DNA of 64,000 bases from Candidatus Eiseniibacteriota bacterium. GTDB taxonomy: Bacteria; Arandabacterota; Arandabacteria; Arandabacterales; Arandabacteraceae. Location of the stretch: the NCBI GenBank assembly GCA_043810925.1, contig JBDRNT010000069.1:1-64000 (forward strand), given 5' to 3'. A program made the position numbers and the translations under genes. The notes beneath the pieces are model-generated. The model worked only from the letters and a program-made list of their open reading frames with translations, was not told the DNA's origin and searched no databases. Below are positions 38,224-52,900 of this stretch, in pieces. Position 1 is the first letter of the stretch. Each line of letters begins with the position of its first letter.

Positions 38224-39225
38224 TCATGCCACCTGGTCGTCGCCCTTGAAAGATGTTATCAGATCCTCCGGGGTGACGGTCGCGGTGCCCACGTTGCGTA
38301 TTACGTTTCCTGCGGCGTGATTCGCGATATGAGCTGCTTCGGCCATGCTGGCCCCACCTGAAAGCGCAAGCGTGAATGAGGAAATGACGGTATCACCGGC
38401 ACCGGTGACATCGTATACATGTCTGGCGACCGTGGGGAAGTGCTCGTAGGTCCTGTCTTTCTGAAAGAGAGACATGCCATACTCTCCACGTGTGATGAGA
38501 AGCGCATCGGTATTCAGGAGGTCGACTATCTGCCAGCCGGCATCGAGTAAGGTCTTCTCATCATGTATACGCATTCCCAGGGCACCACCGGCCTCGTGGT
38601 GATTCGGAGTTATCAGCGACACTTCCTTGTAGTTCATGAAGTGCCCTTCCTTGGGATCGACCGAGACTATCTTGCCGGCGGCTCTGGCAGCAGGTATAAG
38701 ACTCTCCAGCAATCGCTTTGTTATGACTCCCTTGCCGTAATCCGATATGACTATGGCGTCGCATCCATCCAGAGCGGTCGTCGCAAGTCCGGTCACTCTC
38801 TCCGCGACTTTTCCTTCGATCTCGTCCCTGATCTCACGGTCTGTCCTTACCACCTGCTGATTGTGGGCAATCACCCTGGTCTTGGTCGTAGTCGGCCGCG
38901 TTTCATCAAGCACAAGGCCCGCCGCTGCGATACCCCGGTCTTCGATCTCTCGCCCGATCTCAGCCCCGACAGAGTCGTTGCCGACGACTCCGATCAACTC
39001 ACAGGAGGCACCGAGTGACACGATGTTGTTGGCTACGTTGGCGGCGCCGCCGAGCCTGACGGTCTCCTCTTTTATGTCGACAACGGGTACAGGTGCCTCG
39101 GGCGAGATTCTCGACACTGCGCCCCAGACGTACCGGTCCAGCATGACATCACCGATCACCATCACCTTCCTTGTCTTCATGATCTTCAGGATTTCGCGGA
39201 GCCGGTCGATGGATGGTTCTCCCAC
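38224..39225 (-). CDS. hldA: D-glycero-beta-D-manno-heptose 7-phosphate kinase
   Basis: GDVMLD, RISPEAPVPV, GGAANVA, SDYGKG, DVTGAGDT; GTG start after GAGGGG. Confidence 0.92.
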   Translation of the reverse strand: MGEPSIDRLREILKIMKTRKVMVIGDVMLDRYVWGAVSRISPEAPVPVVDIKEETVRLGGAANVANNIVSLGASCELIGVVGNDSVGAEIGREIEDRGIAAAGLVLDETRPTTTKTRVIAHNQQVVRTDREIRDEIEGKVAERVTGLATTALDGCDAIVISDYGKGVITKRLLESLIPAARAAGKIVSVDPKEGHFMNYKEVSLITPNHHEAGGALGMRIHDEKTLLDAGWQIVDLLNTDALLITRGEYGMSLFQKDRTYEHFPTVARHVYDVTGAGDTVISSFTLALSGGASMAEAAHIANHAAGNVIRNVGTATVTPEDLITSFKGDDQVA

Positions 39226-39350
39226 AGTACCCCTCGCTTCAAAATGGACATCAAAAGAGGCTCTCAGAGGACCATTTGGTAAAGAGCCCAACGGGAAATA
39301 TAACACGCATGGAGGATGAGTCAAGCGCTTTACATCTAGAGGGCCGAGGG

Positions 39351-39379
39351 TTGACAGGGGGGGCCAGTCTAATTAGAGT
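39351..39379 (+). promoter_or_regulatory. Sigma70-type promoter with a G7 tract in the spacer
   Basis: TTGACA-GGGGGGGCCAGTCTAAT(17)-TAGAGT, 9 nt upstream of ATG 39389. Confidence 0.55.
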
Positions 39380-39388
39380 GAAAGTGGA

Positions 39389-41179
39389 ATGAGAAATACA
39401 ACCGCTATCTTATGCTCGTTGTTGGTCTTGCTCGTATTGGCGACGACTGCTTCATTCCCGGTCCCCCCGGCTCCACAGGGAGATGTCCTCACAGGGACAG
39501 GGGTCCGGTACCTTCATCACCGTCCGGGTATGATAGACGTACCACAGGTGCCGTCCGCCCTGGGAAGCACGGACACATGCAAGGCTCTCGTGTTGCTGAT
39601 AGACTTCGATGACAAGGCGGCCCAGATGGATACTTCTCACTTCCGGAACCTTCTCTTCGGCGATGCCGCCAGTTCGATGAAGTCCTACTTCGAGGAGAAT
39701 TCTTACGGAAAGTTCTCGATGGTGGGAGATTTGCACGGATGGCTCAGGAGCGCCTGCAGGCACAGCGACATCGTCAACCGGGATGGTGTGAGTGGAACGG
39801 CGGACGACTACGGCGTTGATACAACCGCCGCCGCAATCGACGAGGCCGTCTGTGATTATCCGCTCAATATCTGGGGCCTTGTAGTGAATGCGGTCACCCT
39901 GGCCGGCGAAAGTCTCGATCTGTCAACGTACGACAATGACGGCCCTGACGGTGTGCCGGACTCGGGAGATGACGACGGGTTCATCGATGCGTTGTTTGTG
40001 GTCCACTCCGGTGTCGGCGCGGAGATCTTCGGTGGACTCGAGATCGGCGTCAGTCATATTTGGTCGCTTCAGTCAAACCTCGACTACTATGGTCCCACCA
40101 GTGGGACGGAGGTCCAGGGCATAAGAGTCGGAGCGTTCGTGCTCGTCCCGGAGATGGGACAGATAGGCGTGTACGCGCATGAGTTCTGCCATCTGCTCGG
40201 CTTGCCCGATCTGTATAACACCGAGACGGAGGCTTCGGTCGTGGGACGGCTCTGCCTGATGGATCTGGGCGCCTGGAACGGCCCCCAGCAGAGCATAGGC
40301 AGTGTTCCAAGCCATCTGTCGGCACCGATGAAGCAAATTCTGGGCTGGGTGGAACCAAGGAAGGTCTGCCTTGACTGTGACGGGCCCGACATAGTGGAAG
40401 GCGCCAGGATCGAGCCTCATGGAACCGCACCGTATCCCTATCAGGTTCTCCGCAACCCCGGCGGTGCGGACTGGAAGCCGGACGGCTCGGGCGAAGGCGA
40501 GTATTTCATGCTCGAAAACCGTCAGACAACACGCGGGTACTTCGAATCCTATTTACCCGGCTCGGGTCTTCTGGTCTGGAAGGTGGACGAAAGCCAACCC
40601 GACAACAACAACCCCGGACGAAGGCTGGCCGAGATCATACAGGCCGATGGAGAGGTCATCGATCCGGATATACTCGAATCGGGCAGCCCGCTTCGTAACG
40701 TGCCCGGGGAACCTTCCGACTTCTTCCCCGGAATTCTTGAGAAACGTGACTTCACGCCACGGACCGACCCTGCAAGCGACCTGCCCGGAGGAAGATACTC
40801 CGGTGTGAGTGTACAGGACATCATGGAAGTCGCCGGCTCCGGAATCCAGGCCGATATCATGGTCGGATTGCCGAAAAAGGGTACAACCTATGCCTACCCG
40901 AATCCGTTCAGGTTGAGCGATGGGTCACCGGTCAGAATAGTGTTTGTACCCGACCCCGGTCCCGATACCCCCCACGATGGTACGTTTGAGGCGACGATCT
41001 TCGACCTGGAAGGCAACTTCGTCCGGAGGCTGGACACGGCAGGTGAAATCCGCCGGTCGGGCTGCGCGGAGTGGGACGGGAAAGATGAGACTGGAAACGG
41101 GGTGTATCCCGGCCTATACTTATACTATGTGACCTCATCAGGACAGGAAGCAACAGGCGTCCTGGGAGTCAGAAAATAG
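39389..41179 (+). CDS. Secreted M6 (immune inhibitor A-like) metalloprotease with a C-terminal FlgD/T9SS-like Ig domain
   Basis: Signal peptide, YFEENSYG, YDNDGPDG, AHEFCHLLGLPDLY, EYFMLENR; tail YPNPF...IFDLEG..VR.L...WDGKD..G..V.PG.Y. Confidence 0.88.
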   Translation: MRNTTAILCSLLVLLVLATTASFPVPPAPQGDVLTGTGVRYLHHRPGMIDVPQVPSALGSTDTCKALVLLIDFDDKAAQMDTSHFRNLLFGDAASSMKSYFEENSYGKFSMVGDLHGWLRSACRHSDIVNRDGVSGTADDYGVDTTAAAIDEAVCDYPLNIWGLVVNAVTLAGESLDLSTYDNDGPDGVPDSGDDDGFIDALFVVHSGVGAEIFGGLEIGVSHIWSLQSNLDYYGPTSGTEVQGIRVGAFVLVPEMGQIGVYAHEFCHLLGLPDLYNTETEASVVGRLCLMDLGAWNGPQQSIGSVPSHLSAPMKQILGWVEPRKVCLDCDGPDIVEGARIEPHGTAPYPYQVLRNPGGADWKPDGSGEGEYFMLENRQTTRGYFESYLPGSGLLVWKVDESQPDNNNPGRRLAEIIQADGEVIDPDILESGSPLRNVPGEPSDFFPGILEKRDFTPRTDPASDLPGGRYSGVSVQDIMEVAGSGIQADIMVGLPKKGTTYAYPNPFRLSDGSPVRIVFVPDPGPDTPHDGTFEATIFDLEGNFVRRLDTAGEIRRSGCAEWDGKDETGNGVYPGLYLYYVTSSGQEATGVLGVRK

Positions 41180-41204
41180 GTTTCCTAATCGGAAGGAGTG
41201 TTGT

Positions 41205-41501
41205 GTGATGGAGAAGCGTCCGCCCCAGCAGATAAAGGTCGAACTGACGGAACCTGCAGCTGAGGGCATCTATTCCAACTGGGTGATGATAACTTACAGC
41301 CCCTCGGAGTTCATCATAGACTTCGGGAGATTTCTGCCCGGGCTTGCCAAGACCAAAGTCTACTCGAGGATCATCATGACACCGCAGCACGTTAAGAACC
41401 TCCTCAACGTCCTCAAGAAAAACGTGACGATCTATGAGGAGAAGTTCGGCGAGATCAAGACACCTGCAAGCGATGATAAGGGAAAAGAAATCGGTTTTTA
41501 G
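41205..41501 (+). CDS. DUF3467 family protein
   Basis: GIYSNWVMI..S.SEFIIDF, SRIIMTPQHVK, YEEKFGEI. Confidence 0.85.
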   Translation: MMEKRPPQQIKVELTEPAAEGIYSNWVMITYSPSEFIIDFGRFLPGLAKTKVYSRIIMTPQHVKNLLNVLKKNVTIYEEKFGEIKTPASDDKGKEIGF

Positions 41502-42388
41502 ACAGGCCTTGTCTTCCATCTCCTGTGGGCCCACAGCCAGTGATCGGGGTGCTGTCTCACATAAGATTCGATCGTGTTCGTGTACGCCTGCGTGATCGAA
41601 CGGATCGCGTCCGCCCTCTCCTTCACCTCGGGGGCAGGGACGGGTCTCTCAATCACTATGCGCTGCTTCGAGCCTCCCAGCCTGACAATGAACCCGGGGA
41701 TGATCGGCGCACCGGTTATGATTGCCAGCCCGGCAGCGCCCTGTGCGGTCGAGGCCTGATCCCCCAGGAACCGGACGAAGACCCCCGCCCGGCCCGCATC
41801 CTGATCGCAAAGCATAGCGATGAAGCGACCGGCCCTGAGTGCACGCACTATCCCTTGTGTCGATGTCAGCTCGATGATCTCGATACCGGCCTGATGTCTC
41901 AGATCGTTCATCAGCGCCTGTACAAGCGGGTTTCTCTGAATCCCCACGACGAAAGTCACCGGATACCCGAGATGTGCGAGGACGCATCCCATCAGCTCCC
42001 AACTGCCGAAATGCCCGGTCACGAGTATTGCACCCTTGCCGGCACGCATCGCACGGTCGAGATTTTGCAGGCCCTCGACATTGACGTGCTCATCTATGTA
42101 AGCCCGGCCGACGAGCGGGAGTCTGACAAACTCGGCAATCGTCATACCGAAGTTCGCATACGATCGGCGGCCGACCCGCACGCGTGAGCACCGCAGATCG
42201 CTGTCGGCCATATGCGTCCTCAGGTTGCTGAGTGTCACGGTTCGGCGGAACCTGAAAAGGTCAAAAGCCAGATGTCCGAGCGCTGAACCCAGTCTCAGCG
42301 CCCAAACGGGCGAGAGCAGACGCGCTCCTTTCAGAAAGAGAATCACGCCGATGTATTCAAGCCTGTCCTCAAGGGTGGGACGTCTCAT
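41498..42388 (-). CDS. Lipid A late acyltransferase (HtrB/LpxL family)
   Basis: TGHFGSWE, LCDQD, PDHWLWAHRRWK; ATGA overlap with the upstream gene. Confidence 0.88.
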   Translation of the reverse strand: MRRPTLEDRLEYIGVILFLKGARLLSPVWALRLGSALGHLAFDLFRFRRTVTLSNLRTHMADSDLRCSRVRVGRRSYANFGMTIAEFVRLPLVGRAYIDEHVNVEGLQNLDRAMRAGKGAILVTGHFGSWELMGCVLAHLGYPVTFVVGIQRNPLVQALMNDLRHQAGIEIIELTSTQGIVRALRAGRFIAMLCDQDAGRAGVFVRFLGDQASTAQGAAGLAIITGAPIIPGFIVRLGGSKQRIVIERPVPAPEVKERADAIRSITQAYTNTIESYVRQHPDHWLWAHRRWKTRPV

Positions 42389-43502
42389 GCTATCAGCCTC
42401 GCCAATCGACTCAATTTCGCGTCGACGGCCCCGGCTGCGCAAGCCTCATGACAGCAAAGACACGACGTGCACCGGGTGTGGTCTATCACGGCCCTGCCGG
42501 AACCAAGACTGATCGCGCCCGCGGGGCACATCGCCTCGCAGTCGCCGCAGCCTGTGCATTCGTCCCCCTTAACCTCCGGCTTCACCCAGACCAACTTCCT
42601 GAGGACCCCGCTCAGACCACCGGGTATGAGAAAGAACCTCCAGTTGGAGGGAACTTGAAAGTCCCTGACCATCACGTCTTCCAACCCGGTACCGGGCAAT
42701 GTTATCTTCTCGATGGCACCCTCACCAAGGCCGCGCTCGCATGCCTCTCTGGTCGTGGGAACACGCCGGGGGTCTATGCCTACAATCCTCGCGAGTATCG
42801 TATCCAGAGCGACACAGTCGGTGCTCGCCGCTATGAGACCCACATGCTTCACCCTGCCGGAGGACGGGCCGTTTCCCTCCATCGCATCGACGGCATCGAC
42901 AAGGGTTACCCACGGCTTTACGAGCGAGAACACGTCGACAATCACCTTGCTCATGGCATCAGGACGTGGATTGGTAAGATGAAGTGAGGACTTGCGGAAA
43001 CCCGGAACGCACCCGAACATGTTCTTGATTCCCGCCGTAAGCACCGTCAGGATATGGGTCTTGAATTTCGGCAGGTTGACTATCCTGTCGAAGTCCGTGA
43101 CGGCCTTCGAAATTGCATACGGCCTTCCACCGACAGACTTCAGGACCCAGCCGCCGGCATCGAAGTTGACCAGCGTGGCACCCCTGGCGCGAGCGGCATC
43201 GAGCAACCCGGTATTCTCCCAGATCCGTCCCACACCCCGGAGGGCCCCCGCCGGGCTGTCCCCCACAAAGACCTGAGCACCTCTATCCTGGAAGTAGTCT
43301 ATGACCGCGCCGACAACAGAGGGATGGGTCGTGATGGCCCGCTCCGGCTGCCTGGCTGAGATCAGATTGGGTTTGAGTAGCACCCGCTTTCCATTCACGC
43401 TGTCTCCTTCAGGGCCCAGCGCGGTAGCGAGCGCCCTGTCGACTGCGCGACGGACGACCTCGGGCGAATACGAATCACATCTTTCGATCACGACTTCGGC
43501 CA

Positions 43503-43503
<1 letters not shown>
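42385..43503 (-). CDS. DUF362 protein with a C-terminal 2x[4Fe-4S] ferredoxin domain
   Basis: VLLKPNL, ITTHP, NLPKFKTH, KNMFG, MEGNGP; CTGCGDC...CP and CTSCLCCHEAC. Confidence 0.85.
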
Positions 43504-46997
<3,494 letters not shown>

Positions 46998-47022
46998 TGC
47001 CGGCCCTCTAACGCGGTCTGCC

Positions 47023-48018
47023 CTATACCGGTTCCTTCTGGGCAGCAGTCATCGCTATGGTGTTTACGATGTCGTCCACCCGGCAACCACGCGACAGATC
47101 GCTCGCAGGTCGCGCCAGCCCCTGAAGGATAGGTCCGAACGCCCTGCCACCCGCAAGGCGCTCGACCAACTTGTAGCCTATGTTCGCCGATTCAAGGTTG
47201 GGAAATATCAGAACGTTGGCCCGGCCGGCAACCCGGCTTCCGGGTGCCTTTCTCCTCGCCACATCAGGTACGATGGCCGCATCCACCTGCAATTCACCAT
47301 CGATCACAAGGCCGGGAGCGGTTTCCCTGGCTATCTTCGTCGCTTCGATGACTTTGTCGATTCTCGGATGGCTGGCGCTGCCCTTTGTCGAGTATGACAG
47401 CATTGCCACAACGGGCTCCAATCCGGTCAGCCGCTCCATGGTCCGGGCGGATGCAACCGCAATGCTCGCGAGTTGACCGGCATCCGGGTCGGGCACAACG
47501 CTGGGATCGGCAAAGATGAAAGCCCGCTCCACACCGTTTGCTGCAGGAAGGACCATCAGGAAAGCGCTCGATATGCAGTCCACACCTTCCCGGCTGCCGA
47601 TCGACCTGATCAGCGACCTGAGGACATCCGCGGTCGTTGTCGCAGCACCCGCGACGATCCCATCGGCATCCCCGCCCCCCACCATCAACGCACCGAAGTA
47701 AAGAGGACTGACGGCGAGTTCCCGCGCTTCGCCGGTGTCCATACCTTTGTGCTTCCTTCGCTCGTAGAGGATCCCCGCATAACGGCCCAGGTCCTCGCTT
47801 GTGGCGGGATCGACGACAGTCACACCTGTAAGATCGGCTTCGACCTCCCCGCCGAGAGTCTCTATCTCCTTTACTGCGCCGACAAGCACCGGGGTTGCAA
47901 GGCGTTCACCCGCCGCAATCGCCGCGGCCGCCACTACGCGCCCGTCAGATGCTTCCGGCAGGACCACACGCGCCGCGTTGGCCCTTGCCCTGTCCCATAT
48001 CGCTGCCATGGTTTCCAT
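47023..48018 (-). CDS. pta: Phosphate acetyltransferase (short form)
   Basis: VVLPE.SD.RV, AMLSYSTKGS, DGELQVDAAI, NIGYKL, SDLSRGC. Confidence 0.92.
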   Translation of the reverse strand: METMAAIWDRARANAARVVLPEASDGRVVAAAAIAAGERLATPVLVGAVKEIETLGGEVEADLTGVTVVDPATSEDLGRYAGILYERRKHKGMDTGEARELAVSPLYFGALMVGGGDADGIVAGAATTTADVLRSLIRSIGSREGVDCISSAFLMVLPAANGVERAFIFADPSVVPDPDAGQLASIAVASARTMERLTGLEPVVAMLSYSTKGSASHPRIDKVIEATKIARETAPGLVIDGELQVDAAIVPDVARRKAPGSRVAGRANVLIFPNLESANIGYKLVERLAGGRAFGPILQGLARPASDLSRGCRVDDIVNTIAMTAAQKEPV

Positions 48019-48031
48019 CAAAGAGGTCCTT

Positions 48032-48520
48032 CTAAGCCGTGCCGAACTTCCTGGCGAGCTTCGTGGCGACCAACTCGGGGACGAACTGAGAGACGTCACC
48101 CCCGGCTGAGGCAATCTCTCGAACCAGGGACGAACTCAGGTAGGTGTGTTCCTCGCTGGGCATGAGGAAGACTGTCTCTATATCGTTGTTGAGTCGCCTG
48201 TTCATAAGGGCCATCTGAAACTCATATTCGAAGTCCGATACCACGCGCAGCCCTCTTACCACAGCGACCACCCCCTGCTGAGCAGCGAAGTCCATCAGAA
48301 GACCCGTGAAAGGCTTGACCCTGACGTGTTCGATACCGTCGGTTGCCGCGTTCAGCATCTCCAGCCTCTCATCGACACTGAAAAACGTATTCTTGGGCGT
48401 CGTGTTCGCGACACCGATGATTATGTCGTCGAACACCATCAGGCTCCGGAGGAGAATATCCAGATGCCCGTTTGTAAGAGGATCGAACGTGCCTGCATAA
48501 AGTCCTGTTCTCACCGTCAC
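48032..48520 (-). CDS. coaD: Phosphopantetheine adenylyltransferase
   Basis: GTFDPLTNGH, RGLR..SDFEYE, SSSLVREIA. Confidence 0.96.
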   Translation of the reverse strand: MTVRTGLYAGTFDPLTNGHLDILLRSLMVFDDIIIGVANTTPKNTFFSVDERLEMLNAATDGIEHVRVKPFTGLLMDFAAQQGVVAVVRGLRVVSDFEYEFQMALMNRRLNNDIETVFLMPSEEHTYLSSSLVREIASAGGDVSQFVPELVATKLARKFGTA

Positions 48521-49071
48521 CCCCCTGCTGCCGTAGCGGTCAGAAAGAAAACCACGCTCTCGCCGAATTTTCTCTTTTTCACAAGCGAGTAGGTCTCAGG
48601 GAACGGGAACTGCTCCCGCCAGTGCACTCTCGCTACGACCATTGTATGCTCCGAAATCGCTTCGGACGTATGGAGCGCCGCAAGCGTCTCCGCGACCTTA
48701 CCGGATAGAAACGGGGGATCCACAAAAACGAGGTCGAAGGGCGGCCCGTCGTACTTCCGGATGAAACCAAGCACATCATCTCGGGTTACCGTACAGGTTT
48801 CCATCACGCCGAGTTTCCTGACATTCCTGGCTATTATCTCAACCGACCTTCTTGAAGAATCCACGAAGTGCACCCGGGCTGCCCCCCTGCTCAGGGCCTC
48901 TATCCCGAGTGACCCGCTGCCCGCAAACAGGTCGAGTACGCCCCTGCCGTCAATAGAGGGACCGATGATGTTGAATACGGACTCCCTGATCACGGCAAGC
49001 GGAGGACGCGACAGGAGCCCGCGCGGCGCCTCTATTGTCATTCCCTTGAATTTTCCGACTATGATTCTCAT
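48517..49071 (-). CDS. rsmD: 16S rRNA m2G966 methyltransferase
   Basis: MRIIVG..KG, LDLFAGSGSLGIEALSRGA, FVDPPF. Confidence 0.93.
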   Translation of the reverse strand: MRIIVGKFKGMTIEAPRGLLSRPPLAVIRESVFNIIGPSIDGRGVLDLFAGSGSLGIEALSRGAARVHFVDSSRRSVEIIARNVRKLGVMETCTVTRDDVLGFIRKYDGPPFDLVFVDPPFLSGKVAETLAALHTSEAISEHTMVVARVHWREQFPFPETYSLVKKRKFGESVVFFLTATAAGG

Positions 49072-49085
49072 ATGAACCCCAACAG

Positions 49086-49130
49086 AAAAATCCGTGCTCT
49101 ATTGTAATAATAAAGCACGGATCATGTCAA
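49086..49130 (-). promoter_or_regulatory. Terminator-like hairpin overlapping the rsmD operon promoter
   Basis: ATCCGTGCT...AGCACGGAT stem with a T tract on the minus strand; TTGACA-18-TACAAT on the same strand. Confidence 0.55.
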
Positions 49131-49141
49131 CTGCTGGTGGA

Positions 49142-49891
49142 CTAATGTAAGATCTCGCTCAGTCCTATGAAGAACGAGATATCGGACTCATTGCTGAGCC
49201 TCATCTCTCCACTCACTCTCCCCGTACCACCCAGGTGGCAATTCACACCCAGGATCAACTCTGGGACTGCGTCTTCTCTGAAGTCGTTGCCGTCCTTCCA
49301 TACTTCCCCGCTTTCAGACGTGCCCCTCCGGTCCACGTGACCGAAGATATGGGTCAGGCCGAAGCCGATGTATGGTGAGAAATACTCATGTCGCCAGTTG
49401 GCTATGACACTCAGCTGAATTTCGTTATACTTGTACCGTGTGTAGTATTCCTCGGTGTACGTGTCCCCCCAGCCATCGGGTCTCTCGATCTTGACGGTGT
49501 TGTCGGAGGTGAAAGAGAGCATCTGAAGATCCACGTATGCCGCAATCTCCGGTTTGCTGACTTCCCATATGCCGCACCGCGCTCCACCACCCCACGTCAT
49601 GTTTTGGGCCGGTGTCTCGAAGTCGGGGCCATCCGCTGCCACCCTGAGATCGCTGGCGCCAAGCCTCGCATACAGATCCAGGTTGTCCATGGCGCCCCAG
49701 ATGAGCTTACCGACGAAGCGCCGTGACTTCACAAGATCTTCGTCTACCATCTTGACCTGCTCCTCCGCCTCCAGCGTGACTCCGTAGTTGTCCTTGCCTA
49801 CAGTAACTGCCGGATTGCCGGCCCCCCCTGCCCAGACGAGCGCGGGAATCAACAACGTCGCCGCCAATCCAGTTGCGATGAGTCGCCTCAT
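49142..49891 (-). CDS. Putative outer-membrane beta-barrel protein
   Basis: Signal peptide (LVWA); amphipathic strands LDLYARLG, TWGGGAR, FSPYIGFG. Confidence 0.65.
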   Translation of the reverse strand: MRRLIATGLAATLLIPALVWAGGAGNPAVTVGKDNYGVTLEAEEQVKMVDEDLVKSRRFVGKLIWGAMDNLDLYARLGASDLRVAADGPDFETPAQNMTWGGGARCGIWEVSKPEIAAYVDLQMLSFTSDNTVKIERPDGWGDTYTEEYYTRYKYNEIQLSVIANWRHEYFSPYIGFGLTHIFGHVDRRGTSESGEVWKDGNDFREDAVPELILGVNCHLGGTGRVSGEMRLSNESDISFFIGLSEILH

Positions 49892-49913
49892 GATCGTTTC
49901 ACCCTCCTGCTTC

Positions 49914-52900
49914 TTACGGGGTTATCGTTATATCTATTGCCGCTTCTACCGTCGTCATAAAGAGTTTCGCCTTAACCGTAGTTGTTCCTTCTTCGGTACC
50001 CGGCGGAATTGTCACCGTCGTGTATGCCGAACCGCTCTCATCTGTCGTACCGAAGTACGGCGAAACAGAGCCTGCACCCTCGATCGAGAAGCCGATATAG
50101 GCCTTGTCGACGGGCAGGAGATTGTAGTGATCCCAGCAGACGACCTGGATGTTGACCACGCCTCCTGCCGCCCCGCTGAGTGAGCTCGGGAACGCTTCGA
50201 TGCTGAGCGCGGCATCGACGATTGGCAGTGTGATACCGTACGATGCTGAACTCTGAGTCTCTCCCCCCCAGGTACTTGCTATGATCGTCCCATACTCGAA
50301 GATCGACTCGGTCCCATATGTGAGACACGCCCGGGTGATGCCCTTTATGGGATCACCACTCAACTCGGCGCACGGATATGAGCTACCGGTATATGTCTCC
50401 GGATTTATGAACCCGAGATCCGATCTGTCGAGCGTGAAGTAGACGGCCGTCCCGTTCTCAACCGGGTTATTGAACTGGTCGCGCACAATGGCGGACACAC
50501 CCAGCGTGTAGGTTCCATCACCGTTTATGACCACTTCACCGACTTGAAGTAGGATGGAATCCGGATCGCCGGCAGAAATGCCGATCTTCGTGGCTGCGGC
50601 CGCATAATCGCCGGATGTTATCGTCATCAGGACAGTACCCGGCTTCGTACCGCTATTAACGGTGATTGAAGCCACGCCGCCGAAGGTCGGCTTTATAATC
50701 GGCCCGTAGCCGTCGGCGGGATCATTGAGGTACTCCCCGCCACCCGGTCCGGCCTGGATGGTGAAGCTCACATCCGTACCATCCGCAACAGGATTGCTGT
50801 GGGAATCGTAGACATGTGCAAGTACAGTAACCTGCGATTCGTCCCACGTACCCGCAACCGCAATCCAGGCGGTATCGGGATCGGCGACGATGGCACCGGA
50901 CGAACCCGAGAGCAGTCTGATGCCGACATCGTGAGTTGCCTTTTCACACATGGCCGTTACGGTCGCCGTGGCGCTGCCACCGGTCGGGATGAACTTCGCC
51001 GTGGCGATGCCGCCGACCGTGAGACCGATCGGCGTTACTATACCGTTACCCGCCGACACGGTGAATGAAACGACAGTGCCGTCCGCGACACGGTTACCGT
51101 ATTCATCAGTCACTTCAGCAACAATCGTCGCCGTCGAGCTGCCGTCACCGGGCAGGCTGTCCGGCAGTGCGTATGCAGAGACAAACGAGGCCACGTCTGG
51201 TGCGAACACCACCTGTGTGGCGGCACCGGCTGCCCCTGAGCTGGCCCTTACGGTGACATTGCTGTTGGCTATGCCCGTGGGTACCAGCTCCACGTCCGCA
51301 ATACCCGAACCGGTCGCGCTCGAAGGCGTAATCGTACCTTCGGTAGTAGAGAATGTAACAGGCGTGCCGTCGGGAACGGGCGAACCATCGGTGAACGAGA
51401 CGTAGGCCGTTATCAAGCTGATATTGGCAGGATCGGCACTGATCGCCATAGGCGTGGCCTTAAGCACTATCACCGGTGTCTCAAAGCCGACGACGATTGC
51501 ATCCTGGTAGAGACCTCTGTATGAGGCGGCGACCGTCGCACTACCCACGGTGCTCGCACTCGTAAGCTCGGCTTCAGCCTTTCCATAAGAATTTGTAATA
51601 GCGCTTCCCGCGATCATACCGGCGCTCGTTGTAAGCTGTATTGAGGCCCCTTCGACGGGATTTCCATCCTGCGTCACAAGCGTCGTCCGTACGGTCTGCG
51701 ATGAGATTCCGTCTGCGACCATCTTGGGCATCTGTGCCTTGAGCGTTAGATTAAGACCCACGAACGTCACCTGCACAGTGTCGGCAAGCGCATCGCCGAA
51801 TGATGCGATCACAGTCGCAGTTGCAGGATAGTCCGCGCTGGTCAGAAGCACATCCGCGTTACCGTAGAAATCGGTAACGGCGCTGCCGGTTATCACACCA
51901 TCGCTCGTAGCGAAGTCAACGCTGACGCCGCTTACCGGATTGTTGCCCTCACCCAGGAGGGTCGCGGTAACGTACTGAGACGACAGGCCGTCGGCGGGCA
52001 TTCTCGTCAATTCGGCCGTCACATTTATAGCGAGACCTCCAAAGGTCACATAGGCGGTCCCCGTCATCAACCCGTATGATGCGACCACAGTTGCGACACC
52101 GGGTGATGTAGGGCTGTACAGATAGACTGCGGCGACGCCATTCGCGTTGGTGTAGGCCATCGCGTCTATCGCACCAAGAGTGGTGGTAAAGGTAACCGGG
52201 ACGGTTGCCAGCGGAACGCCTGACGTCGTCTCTCCGACCCATGCCGCCACATATGAAACAGATGTACCATCCGCGGGCAGATCGTCAGGATCGGCCACCA
52301 CAAGAACTGATACACCCCTCATGTCGACATCGACCACTTCAGCATAGGGTTCCACATCGCCGTAGGTGATCCACGCCGTCACGGTCGCAACGACATCGTT
52401 TACGCTCGGCAGGCTTACAAGAACCGCACTCGCCTGGCCGGTCGAATCGGTCCGGCTGACCGCATCCGTGATCACTCCCTTGGCAGGATCGACGTCCCAC
52501 GTTATCAAGGCACCCTTAACAGGGGCGCCGCTTTGATTCACAAGATCGATCGAGAGCATCGAATACGACATTCCATCCGCAAGGATGCTCATAGGAGATG
52601 CCTCAAGCGCGCCCGCCCCGACCTGGAGGAAAACCTCTTTGGGTACGAGGCTGCGGCCCGTGGCCCTTATGGTCTCCTGCACGGTGCCGTAGGGTGCGGT
52701 GTATACCACCCTCACGATACCGTTCTCGTCCGTTATGCCCGGCGACTCAATTGCGCCGTACGTGACCTCAAAGACCAGATCGTGTCCCACTACCGGGTCA
52801 TTATCAAGATCTACGACCCGGACTTCTACATCGGCAGTTCCACCCGGATCCACACGCACCGGTACTACTTCAAGGTACTGTATCCTGTACTGGGGCGGCT

